64,000 nt of DNA from Mycoplasmatales bacterium (GTDB lineage Bacteria > Bacillota_I > Bacilli_A > Mycoplasmatales > JABABV01): NCBI GenBank assembly GCA_965222755.1, contig CBDCUK010000002.1, positions 3,542 through 67,541 of the forward strand. The letters are read 5' to 3'. The notes beneath the pieces are model-generated. The model had not been told where the DNA came from. It saw nothing but the letters and a program-made list of their open reading frames with translations, and made no database searches. Made by a program: the position numbers and the translations under genes. Shown here one piece after another: positions 22,190-32,899 of the stretch. Within the stretch, counting starts at the first letter, position 1; each line of letters starts with the position of its first letter.

Positions 22190-22687
22190 ATGAATTATCA
22201 CTTAATTGGTAAAATAGTTAACACTCATGGAATTCGTGGTGAATTGAAAATTCTATCAAATAGCGATTTTATAAAAGAACGTTTTGTTGTTAATAATTTT
22301 ATTTTTGTGAAAGAAAATGAAAATTATGTTAAATACCAAATTACTGGTATGAGAAAACACAAAAACTTTATTTTATTAAAATTAAACACTTTTGATAACA
22401 TTAATCAAGTTTTATATTTAAAAGGGTTTAATATTTATGCTACAGGCCGTGCACCATTAAAAAATAATAAAGAATATTATTATGATGATATTATTGGTCT
22501 TGAAGTATATGATATTAAAGATAAATTTTTAGGTATTTTAACTAGTTTTACAGAAACTCATTCATGTGATGTTTGGTTTATTGAAGGACCTGTTGGTAAA
22601 ATCAATATTCCTAATCGTCCTGAATTTGTTAAAAAAGTTGATTTAGATAACAAAAAAATCATTATTGAAAATTGAGAGATGGAATAA
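22190..22687 (+). CDS. rimM: 16S rRNA processing protein RimM
   Basis: The translation IGKIVNTHGIRGELKI...YYYDDIIGLEV fits RimM. The CDS extends past TGA to TAA at 22685-22687. Confidence 0.9.
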
Positions 22688-22689
22688 TT

Positions 22690-23379
22690 ATGATTAAACA
22701 AATCACAATTTTAACTTTGTTTCCCGAAATGATTAAAGAAGCAGTTAATCACTCAATTATCAAACGTGCCCAAGAAAAAGAAATAATCAAATTTAACATT
22801 GTTAATTTTCGTGATTTCAGCACTAATAAACATCATAATGTTGATGATGTTGCTTATGGTGGGGGCCCTGGAATGGTTTTAACTTGTCAACCAATAGTTG
22901 ATGCTATTAAGTATTATCGTAATGACAATACAAAAGTAATAGCGCTAACTCCTGGTGGACAAACTTATGTACAAAAAATGGCTTATGATTTTGCACACAT
23001 GAATAATGATTTAATTATTGTTTGTGGGCATTATGAAGGTTTTGATGAAAGAATTTTTGAATATGTTGATCAACAAATATCTATTGGAGATTTTGTTTTA
23101 ACTGGAGGAGAGTTAGCTGCTTTAATTATGATTGACAGCATTACTCGCTTAATTCCAGGGACTATTAAAAAGTCATCGCATTTAGAAGATTCATTTGCTT
23201 GTGGATTATTGGATTATCCCCATTATACAAAACCTAGAGAATTTGAAGGTCATCTTGTACCAGAAGTGTTATTTAATGGTAATCATAAATTGATTGCAGC
23301 TTGAAGAGAAAAAGCAGCTTATCAAAAAACTTTAAAAAATCGACCCGATTTAATTAAAAAATTACAAGGAGGCAACTAA
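22690..23379 (+). CDS. trmD: tRNA (guanine37-N1)-methyltransferase
   Basis: The motifs ILTLFPEM, YGGGPGMVL, CGHYEGFDER and GDFVLTGGE are present. ATG 22690 was chosen as the start, and the CDS extends past TGA to TAA at 23377-23379. Confidence 0.92.
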
Positions 23380-23380
23380 A

Positions 23381-23761
23381 ATGGATATGAATTTAATTAA
23401 TAAAGTAACTAAAGATCAAATTAAAACAGATTTACCAGAAATAAAAACTGGAGATACAGTTAAAGTTTACGTTAAAGTTCGTGAAGGGCAAAAAGAACGT
23501 ATTCAGTTATTTGAAGGTTTAGTAATTAAAACTCAAGGTAGAGGCGTACAACGTACAGTTACAGTTCGTAAAATTTCTTACGGAATTGGTGTTGAACGTG
23601 CATTCCCACTTAATTCTGCAACAATCGATAATATCGAAGTTGTAAAACATGCTAAAGTTCGTCAATCAAGAATTTATTACATGCGTAATCTACGTGGTAA
23701 ATCAGCACGTTTAAAAGAAATTCGTGTTAAAAAACCAATTACTAAAAAACGTACTAAATAA
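23381..23761 (+). CDS. rplS: 50S ribosomal protein L19
   Basis: The translation GDTVKVYVKVREGQKERIQLFEGLVI...RKISYGIGVERAFPL fits L19. Confidence 0.95.
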   Translation: MDMNLINKVTKDQIKTDLPEIKTGDTVKVYVKVREGQKERIQLFEGLVIKTQGRGVQRTVTVRKISYGIGVERAFPLNSATIDNIEVVKHAKVRQSRIYYMRNLRGKSARLKEIRVKKPITKKRTK

Positions 23762-23768
23762 TTATCAT

Positions 23769-23799
23769 AAAAAAAGTAGCTTCAAAGCTACTTTTTTTT
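23769..23799. terminator. Bidirectional intrinsic terminator (rplS / convergent kinase-like gene)
   Basis: GTAGCT (23776-23781) pairs with AGCTAC (23786-23791). An A-run and a T-run flank the stem. Confidence 0.7.
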
Positions 23800-24559
23800 A
23801 TGATAAAGCTTGATATTTTTGATTAGCAATTTCTTGAAATTTAGGATTATTAGTTCTTTCTCACATAAAAATTGCTCAGACACATCAAAGTAAGTTTTGA
23901 TAATTGATTAAATCTAAGACACGATTATAATCACTAGGTGAAAGTTTGTTATATTTTATAAGGTGTTTAATATTTTCTGTATTAAGATTTGATTCACTAA
24001 TGAATGAAGCAAAATCAAATAAAGGATCATTCAGCATTGCGAAATCATAATCAATTAAATAATATTTGTTATTTTGATCAATTAAAATATTATCTTTTAT
24101 TAAATCATTATGTGATAAAACCCAATCTTTTGGAGCTTTTAATTTATAAACATATTTTTCATATTTTGCTAAATTAAAATTTTTTGATTCGATGTTATTT
24201 TTAAAAAAATTATAAAATTTTTGATATTGTCATTTTTGAACATTATCTTTTGGTTGCTTATGCAATTGCTGAATTAAATCACAAACAGATTCAATGGCTT
24301 TAAAATCTAGTGGATAATCTGATAAAGTAAGAGCACCATCAATGATGTTTAAAATCACCTCAATATTATCGTTATCATCATTATCTTTAATAATTTTGTA
24401 AGATAATATGAAAGGGGAGTACTTGCTAACAATTTTTAGAACATGAAATTTATTATGAATATTAATAAATTGCAAAGGGGCTTCTTGCAAAACTTTTGTA
24501 ATTGTATTTTTTTCTGCATTTATTTTAATATAATTTGTTAAAGAATTAGTGTAGTCCAT
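23798..24559 (-). CDS. Choline/aminoglycoside phosphotransferase-family kinase (LicA-like)
   Basis: Fragment 24230-24559 was extended through TGA codons to TAA (23798-23800). A Brenner motif LSHNDLIKDNIL and a metal-binding LIDYDFA are present. Confidence 0.7.
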
Positions 24560-24646
24560 AAAATACCCACTCTCTATTTTATTTAAAATATGTTATTATT
24601 CTTATATTACTTAAAAACTATTATACTATAATAAAGGAGTATTAAA

Positions 24647-25177
24647 TTGTTGAATATTGTTTTATATGAACCAGAAATTCCGCAGAATACGGGTAATATT
24701 ATGCGTACTTGTGTTGCTCTTGGTGCAAAACTGCACTTGATTAAACCTTTAGGTTTTTCTCTAGAAGCAAAATATGTTAAGCGCGCTAGTGCTAATTATA
24801 TGCAAGATTTAAATTATAAAGTTTATGAAAATTGAAATGAATTTTTACAAGAAAATCCAAATAATAATAATTTCTTTTTTTCAACTAGATATGGCAGAAA
24901 ACCGCATAGTGATTTTAATTATAAGGCAGTTAATAAAGCTGTTTATTTAATTTTTGGTAAGGAATCATCAGGAATACCAAAAAATATTTTACAAGATAAT
25001 TTAGAACATTGCTTCCGCATACCGATGGTAAAAACAGCAAGATCGCTCAATTTATCAAATTGCGTTATGACAGTAGCTTATGAAGTGATGCGACAATTAG
25101 ACTATCCAAATTTAAGTTTAGTCGAAGTTCAGAAAGGTGCTGACTTTTTAGAAAATAAAAATTCAGATGATAATTAA
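24647..25177 (+). CDS. trmL: tRNA (cytidine/uridine34-2'-O)-methyltransferase, SpoU/TrmL family
   Basis: The TTG start at 24647 lies 7 nt after GGAG. The motifs YEPEIPQNTGNIMRTC, IFGKESSGIP and RSLNLSNCV are present. The CDS ends at TAA 25175-25177. Confidence 0.8.
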
Positions 25178-25179
25178 TT

Positions 25180-25740
25180 ATGTTTTTAGCAACTGATTTA
25201 GTAAAAGATACTAATAAAATTTTATTCAAAAATTCTGAATATGTTAAATTACCTTTAAGTCAAAAACATCGTGATGTTTTAGCTAGTATGATTGATCATG
25301 TTCGAGTTTCACAAGATGAAGAAAAAAATAAAAGTTTTAATTTAAGACCAGCAGTTGGAATTGCTGCGGTTCAAGTTGGACACTTATTAAATATGTTTTT
25401 TGTTAAAGTTCCTAATTCAGATGATCATGATATTGATCATGAATACGCTTTAATTAACCCTAAAATTATTTCACATACTTCTCAACTAGCAGCTATTAAA
25501 TATGGTGAAGGTTGTTTATCGGTCGATAAAGATCGTGAAGGATTAATCAAAAGATTTTATAAAGTTATTATTAAAGGTTATGATTATTTACAAAAAAAAG
25601 AAGTAACAATAACAGCTAGAGGTTATTTAGCAATAGTGTTACAACATGAAATGGATCATTTAAAAGGCAAAGTGTATTACCATCACATTAATACAAAATC
25701 ACCTTGAAAAGAAGAAGAAAATTTAATTATTATTAAATAA
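25180..25740 (+). CDS. def: Peptide deformylase
   Basis: The motifs GIAAVQVG, EGCLSV and QHEMDHLKG are present. The CDS extends past TGA to TAA at 25738-25740. Confidence 0.92.
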
Positions 25741-26042
25741 ACTATTTTAAATTATTAGTTTATTTAATAATTTTTTTTACTAATTATACTATTGTGTTAT
25801 AATTGTTTTAATATAAATAATTAAAAACATAAAAAATAAAATATGAATTCTTATTTTATAATTAAAAACTTTAATTTTAAACATAATTTTATAAATAATA
25901 TTAGATAATTAATTCATACTAATAACTTTAAATAATAAAAAATGAATCTAACAAAATATTTTGTGTTATTTTTTTACGCATTATTTTAAAAGTTTTAGAT
26001 TAGTTATAATTGTATAATATTTATAAGATAGAGAGGTTATTT

Positions 26043-28037
26043 ATGGAACAACAAAAAATCCCGAATCCAAAACTAAAAAACTTAAAAATCCCAAACTCTA
26101 ATAAAATGTTGAATGCGTTTAAAAACAAAATCCCAACAGCTGTTTTTTCACTTGGAGGAATTCAAGAAATTGGAAAAAACACTTATATTATGGAACATGG
26201 TGAAGAAATTTGAATCGTTGATTCAGGAATTAAATTTCCAGATGATTGAGGAACAGGAATTGAAGGAATCATTCCTAACTATCAATGATTAAAGGAAAAT
26301 GAATCTAAAATTCAAGGTTTAATTATCACTCATGGGCACGAAGATCACATTGGAGGAATTCCTTATTTATTAAAGGAAATCGACCTTAAATGTATTTATG
26401 CTCCAAAATTTGCTCAAGAATTAATCAAAGCTAAACTACGCGATAAGAAAGTTACTTTTAAAGGAGATTTAAATTTAATTGACAGTGATACTGTTATTAA
26501 AACTAAAAACTTTTTAATTGATTTCTTTAGTATTAACCATTCGATTCCAGATGCTTATGGTTCACGTTATCGTACAAGCAACGGAACAATCGTCACAACT
26601 GGTGATTATAAATTTGATTATTCACCAATTGCTCAAAAAACAGATTTCTGAAAATTAGCACGTATGGGGCAAGAAAAAGTTGATTTATTAATTTCAGATT
26701 CAACTAATTCATTAATTCCTGGAATAACACCTTCTGAAAAAGATGTTATGGCAAGAATTGAAGAAATTTTTCGAAAATCACTTGATAAAAGAATTATTTT
26801 AGCTTCATTTGCTTCTAATGTTTATCGTTTAAAAACAATTGTTGATTGTGCGATTAAATATAATCGTAAAATTTTAATCTTTGGACGTTCAATGAAAAAA
26901 GGAATTGATATTGCGCGTAAAATCAAATATATCAAAGCGCCATTAAGTGTTTTTGTTGAAAATCGTAATTTACATAAATACAAACCACATGAAATTTTAA
27001 TTCTTTCAACTGGATCTCAAGGAGAACCATTAGCTGCTTTATCAAGAATTGCTCAAGGAATTCATCCTTATGTTTCAATTCAGAAAAATGATATTATTGT
27101 CTTTTCTTCTTCACCGATTCCAGGTTCTTATGCTCGTGTTGAAACTTTAACAAACCAGTTAATCAAACTAGGAGCCATTGTTTTAGAAAATAGTGCTATG
27201 AATACAGTTCATACATCAGGACACGCTTCTCAGGGTGACCAAAAATTAATGTTTAATTTAATTAAACCAGTTTATTTTGCACCAATGCATGGAGAATATC
27301 GTATGTTAGCTCGTCATATTGAAACTGCTATTTCAACAGGAGTTGACCGTGACAAAACATTTTTAATTCATAATGGAGATCGTTTAGAATTACTTAATGG
27401 AAAAGTTACTCAATCTGAATCAGTACCAGCAGAACCAATCTACATTGATGGTAATGACATTACCGGGCATACAAGAAGAATAATTTCTGATCGTAATAAA
27501 TTAGGTAAAGATGGATTAATTTCTGTTGTTATTACTATTGATTCACGTAAAAATACTATTATTGGTAAACCAAAAATCATTAGTAGAGGAACATTTTACG
27601 TTAAGAACTCATTGCAAACTATTATTGCTGCTCAAAAAATTTCTTTATCAGCAGTTAAAGATTATTTCCAAAGTGCTCAAAAAGTTACTTTTAGCGGATT
27701 GAAACAATCAATTCAAAAAAGATTATTACCATACATTCATCGTACTAAAAAACGTGATCCTATTTTAATTCCTGTAATTCTTAATGTGGCTAACACTAAC
27801 CAAAATTACAATTATAAAAATAAATCACAACCATCAAATAAAACTACTACAACAGTAGTAAAAACTGTTAAAAAAATTAATAATAATGTTCAAACTAATA
27901 AAAAACCAACGATAAAGAATTCTAATTCTAAAATTAAAGTTGTCAAACCAGCTCCAGTTCAAGGAGTTAAAGTTATTAGTAAACCACAACAATCAAAACC
28001 AAAATATAGTAAGATTGTTTTAAAACCAATTAATTAA
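26043..28037 (+). CDS. rnj: Ribonuclease J with a Lys/Asn-rich C-terminal tail
   Basis: The motifs ITHGHEDHIGGIPYL (metallo-beta-lactamase HxHxDH), a beta-CASP region and HTSGHASQGD are present. ATG 26043 is preceded by GAGAGG. The fragments 26010 and 26664 share a frame. Confidence 0.92.
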
Positions 28038-28044
28038 TGATAAT

Positions 28045-28080
28045 AAAAAATAGCATATAATTTTATATGCTATTTTTTTT
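28045..28080. terminator. Bidirectional intrinsic terminator between convergent rnj and rpe
   Basis: ATAGCATATAA (28050-28060) pairs with TTATATGCTAT (28063-28073), between an A-run and a T8 run. The last rpe codons lie inside the 3' arm. Confidence 0.7.
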
Positions 28081-28767
28081 ATTGTATTTTAAGATACTAT
28101 CGCATGCTGCTTTAATACCTTTTTTATTTTTGAAAACATAACTTCCAGCCACAACTACATCAACTTCGGCATTCACTACTTTTTCAATTGATTTATCATT
28201 GATACCACCATCAACTTCAATAAAACAGTCAAGAAAATTATCTTTACAATATTTTTTTAATTTGGCAATTTTATCCTCACTGCCATCAATATATCCTTGA
28301 CCACCTCAACCTGGTTCAACACTCATTACTAAAGCGACATCAACATCGGGTAAAAATTCATAAATTTGTTCAACGTTAGTTTTTGGTTTAATCGCAACAC
28401 CAATATGAAGTTTTGGGAATGTTCCAGATAAATTACGGATCATTTTTTTAGCACTTCTATATTTTAGTGATTCATGGTGAAAAGTAACTAAATCAGCTCC
28501 CATTTCAGCGAATTTATAAGTTCATTTCTCTGGATTAGCTACCATTAAATGGACATCGATAAATATTTTTGGAAATTGCTTACGAATTGTTTTAAATAAA
28601 TCCGTTCCCAAAGCTAAGTTATCAACAAAAATACTATCCATTACATCGAAATGTAATCATTGAGCACCGTTTTTAATAGCCGCTTCAATATTACTTTGAA
28701 TATTTAAATAATCAATTCCTAGAATTGAAGGAGCTAGGATGATTTTGTGTTTATTGTTAATTGGCAT
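28063..28767 (-). CDS. rpe: Ribulose-phosphate 3-epimerase
   Basis: The motifs PSILGIDY, HFDVMD, VMSVEPGWGGQ and VDGGIN are present. It runs from ATG 28767 to TAA 28063-28065. Confidence 0.9.
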
Positions 28768-28804
28768 AATTAATACAACCTCTTTTTAATTTTTATTCGT
28801 TAAT

Positions 28805-29680
28805 TATTTTAATATAATCATCATAAATAAATTGCGGAATATTTTTTTCTAATAATGCTTTTTTGACAGCACATTTTGGTTCTTTAATATGAATACAATC
28901 TTGAAATTTACAATTATTATTATCGGTAAAGCCATAAAAATTTCTGGCGATTCATACTTTTTCGATACCATCTACATCAAAAGAACTAAAACCAGGACAA
29001 TCCACTAATCCCCCGCCTTTAAAATTATAAATTTTAGCATCTCTTGTAGTATGTTTACCGCGACCTAAACTTTTTGAAATATAATTGGTTTTAATTTTTC
29101 ATTTTGGTTCTAAATTATTAATAGTTGAAGATTTACCAACACCTGTTTGTCCAATAAAAACATTAGTTTTATTTTTTAAAATACTAGCTAAGCCTCGAAA
29201 ACCACTATGATCAATATTGGAAATTACAAAACTTTTGTAAAATTTTTTAAATCATTTGATTTTATCTGTGACAATTTCCAATTCATCGTTATTAACAATT
29301 AAATCATATTTGGTAAATATTAAAATTGGCATAATATTATGAAATTGCAAAGTAATAATAAATTTATTAATTAAATATGTTGATAACTTAGGTTCTATTA
29401 AAGAACTACAAATTAATCCTTGATCAATATTTGCGACTTTAGGTCTTAATAATTTATTTTTCCTTGGCAATATATTAATAATATAACCAACTTTAAATTT
29501 TGGATTATTTTCTACGATTTGCATATTTACGAAATCTCCAACCACAGGTTTAACCGTCTCTTCACTTAATCTGAGCAAACCTCTAGCGCGACATTCAAAA
29601 ATAGTGCGCTTAATTTTAACATAATAAAAACCACCAATTAGATTAATGATTTGACCTTGTAAAACTTTGTTTTCTTCCAT
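28805..29680 (-). CDS. rsgA: Ribosome small-subunit-dependent GTPase A
   Basis: The protein has an N-terminal OB domain, a circularly permuted GTPase ([14 protein letters not shown]) and a C-terminal Cys cluster. Fragment 29252-29680 was extended to TAA at 28805-28807. Confidence 0.88.
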
Positions 29681-29692
29681 AAAACTCCTTAA

Positions 29693-30685
29693 TTAATGAT
29701 TTGATTCAATAATAATACCTATTAAAATTATTAATATAACTAATAAAAACAATATTATTGCTGCCGATAATGGAGCAAATCAATTATTATCGATTCATCG
29801 TTTTTTGTAATTGAAAAAATTAAAAATATTCAGTCTTTCTAAAGATATTGCTTTCTCATTAATTCGATTAGGATTTAATAAAGTATTTAGATTATCTTCA
29901 AAAGCAATTGCGTTTGCAAAGCGACTACTGGGATCTTTAGCAGTTGCTGTTTTAATAAAATTATCAATGGAATTAGGGATTTTATTAATAATTTTTTTAA
30001 TAGAAATAACAGGATATTCTATCTGCATAAAAGCTATTTTTAAAGGGTTTTTATCATTAAATGGTAGCTCACCAACCAACATTTCAAAAAAAATAATTCC
30101 TAAAGCATAAATATCAGATTTTTCATCTGCCTTACTACCTTGAATCACTTCTGGAGCTAAATATTGAATTGAACCAATAATATTATTAGTTTCTGTTAAG
30201 CAATAAGAATCAGGAGTGGTGGCAATTCCAAAATCTACTACTTTAACCATTCCAGAATCCTCAACTATAACATTTTGTGGTTTTAAATCTCGATGAATAA
30301 TATTAGCTTTATGAGCTGATTTAACAGCATTAATAATTTGCTTCATAATGAAAATAGCTTCTTCTTTTTCCAAAGTGCCACGTTCTTTAATCAATTGTTT
30401 TAAATTTTTACCAGGAATATATTCCATAACAATAACAAAACTATTATTCTCGTCAAAAATATCATAAATTTTTACAATATTATTATTATTTAATCTTGTT
30501 GAAATATGAACTTCATTATAAAATCTAATAATTTTAGAACTGTCATTTCAACTATAAGGCATAATTTTTAAAGCTACATCTTTGTGATTAATAGTATCAA
30601 ATGCTAAGAAAACCTTACCACTAGAACCATCACCAATTGATTTGATAATCTTATATCGCTTTTTTATTAGTCCTATACTGCTCAT
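29693..30685 (-). CDS. prkC: Hanks-type Ser/Thr protein kinase, short form with a C-terminal TM anchor and no PASTA domains
   Basis: The motifs GDGSSGKV, VALK, HRDLKPQN, DFG and APE are present. After TGA codons, the C-terminus WFAPLSAAIILFLLVIL follows, ending at TAA 29693-29695. Confidence 0.88.
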
Positions 30686-30705
30686 AGATTTCACCATCTT
30701 TTACA

Positions 30706-31449
30706 TTACTTTTCAAGTTCAATTAAAACGCTTGTTAAATTATCATTTGAACCTTGTTCTGAAGCTTGCGTAATTAGTTTTTGAGCTTTAAGATCCGCAC
30801 CATCATCAGAATTTAAAATCGTTTCGATTTGATGATTATATAAGTAATCATGGATTCCATCAGATGTTAATAACAACTTTTTGAAATTATTAGTTTTTAA
30901 AAAAGAAACATCAATATTGGTTTTTTTATTAATTCCGATGACACTCGTTAAAAGACTGGCGTTTGGAAAATTGATCGCTTCTTCATATGAAATATCTCAA
31001 ATTTTTTGAATATCTGATGCAATATTTTGATCAGAAGTAATTTGTTTTAATTTATTTTCATTATTAATAATATAAGCTCTACTATCACCAATATTGAAAA
31101 TGGCAACAAAATCTTTTAAAAATAAAGCACAAACTAAAGTAGTTCCCATTTCACTTAGATTAGTTTTTATTTTATTAATTTCTTCTAGTTTTATAGTAAT
31201 ATTATTGATGCATTTTTCAAATCAATCCACCACATTATTAAAATTCATTTTGGAAAATTTTTGGTTTTTAAAAGCTGCTTTTAAACATTTTGTTGCTGTT
31301 TTTGAAGCGACTTCACCACCTTTATAACCTCCCATACCATCACATAATATCGCAATAATATTATCTTGATTTTCGGAAATAACGGCATAATCTTCATTTT
31401 TTTTTCGTTCTAAGCCTATGTCAGTTTTAATGCTATATTTAATTTTCAT
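30706..31449 (-). CDS. prpC: PP2C-family Ser/Thr phosphatase
   Basis: The motifs NEDYAV, CDGMGG, IGDSR, TSDG and NDN are present. Fragment 31222-31449 was extended to TAA at 30706-30708. Confidence 0.88.
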
Positions 31450-31509
31450 TATAAATCACACCAATTCAAAATAGAATAACTATATAAATATATTATAACA
31501 ACCATTACA

Positions 31510-32097
31510 TTAAATATTAATGTTGTTTTTAATTATATTGGTTATTTTTTTGGCAGCATCTTTAACATTATCATTAACAACAGTGTATTGGTAATGACTA
31601 GCAATTTCCATTTCAATTTTAGCTTTTGCAATTCTTTTAGCGATTTTTTCTTTTGACTCAGTTCCTCTTTTAACAATTCGCTCTTCTAAAGTTTCTAAAC
31701 TGGGAGGTACTAAGAAGATAGAAATAATATTTTTCATATTATTTTTATATTTTTCCAAAATTTGTTTAGCGCCAATAACTTCAATTTCTAATAAAACATT
31801 TTTTCCTGATTCTAATAATTGATTTACATATTTAATCGGTGTACCATAATAATTATCAAAAAAATTAGCTCACTCTAAAAAACCATTATTATTAATAATG
31901 TTTTTAAAATATTCTTCAGAAACAAAGAAATAATCTTGGCCTTCGATTTCTTGATTTCGTCGCGATCGGGTTGTCATTGATACAGAAAAAACAAGATTTA
32001 AATCAGAGTTTTCTAAAAATAGTTTTTTAACAGTGCCTTTTCCGACACCACTAGGACCTGAAAATAAAATTAGTTTTCCTGGTTTTGTAGTATTCAT
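31510..32097 (-). CDS. gmk: Guanylate kinase
   Basis: The motifs GPSGVGKGT, TTRSRRNQEIEGQDYFFVS and YYGT are present. Two fragments share a frame and an AAGGAG RBS is present. Confidence 0.93.
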
Positions 32098-32112
32098 TTA
32101 AACTTAACTCCT

Positions 32113-32655
32113 TTAATTATTAATCGTAAATATAGAAATAAAACTTTTTCCATATTTACGATCTTTTCACATTACTATTGCTTCGTTTTCTAAGATAATT
32201 TTGTGATCTGATTCACAAATAATGTAAGCGTTTTTATTAAGCATATTATTTTCTAATAAAAAATTTATGACTTCATTATAAATTTTTTTTTCTTTGTAAG
32301 GAGGATCAATAAATACATGATCATATTTTGTGCCACGTAAACGTTGGAGGCAACTAAGATAATCTAAATTATAAATATCAAAATTTTTAACTACAAAGGT
32401 AGATAAATTTTTTTTAATTATTTTAACAGCATCATAATCTTTATCATTAAAAATTACTTTCATAGCTCCACGAGATAAACATTCAATTCCGAGAGCACCA
32501 CTACCACTAAATAAATCTAGGACAATTGTTTTTTCGATTTTATTTTGTAAAAGGTTAAAAAGATTTTCTTTAGTCCGATCCGATGTTGGTCGAATAGTTT
32601 CTTTATCAACAGTTGATAAAATTTTACCACGGTATTTTCCAGCAACTATACGCAT
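32113..32655 (-). CDS. rsmD: 16S rRNA (guanine966-N2)-methyltransferase
   Basis: The motifs RIVAGKYRG, RPTSDRTKE, DLFSGSGALGIE and DPPY are present. The CDS extends past TGA at 32167 to TAA at 32113-32115. Confidence 0.88.
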
Positions 32656-32815
32656 TTAGCAACCCCCTTGAATTTATTTACTATATAATACTATAAAATA
32701 ATTTACTATATTAACTAATTTTATAATATTTTAATTAATTAATCAAAGGCATTTTTAAATTTATTTACTTTTTTAAAATTAAAGATAATAATTACGATTT
32801 TAATAAATGATTATT

Positions 32816-32824
32816 ATGCTATAA
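32816..32824 (+). promoter_or_regulatory. Possible extended -10 promoter (TGCTATAAT) for the CNNM/CorC gene
   Basis: TGnTATAAT matches at 32816-32824, about 75 nt upstream of the ATG. Confidence 0.4.
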
Positions 32825-32899
32825 TAAATATTAAAATTTATTAATATATAATTAGTGTATAAGTAGAAATGATAGTTAATATATTTTTAAGGTTTAAGG

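Noticed and set aside
25810-25875. A 12-nt direct repeat, ATAATTAAAAAC, occurs twice in the def-rnj spacer. A similar TTTATTTACT repeat occurs in the 32656-32899 spacer.
   Set aside because: The sequence is of extremely low complexity, where short A/T repeats are expected by chance. It has no CRISPR-like or iteron-like periodicity.
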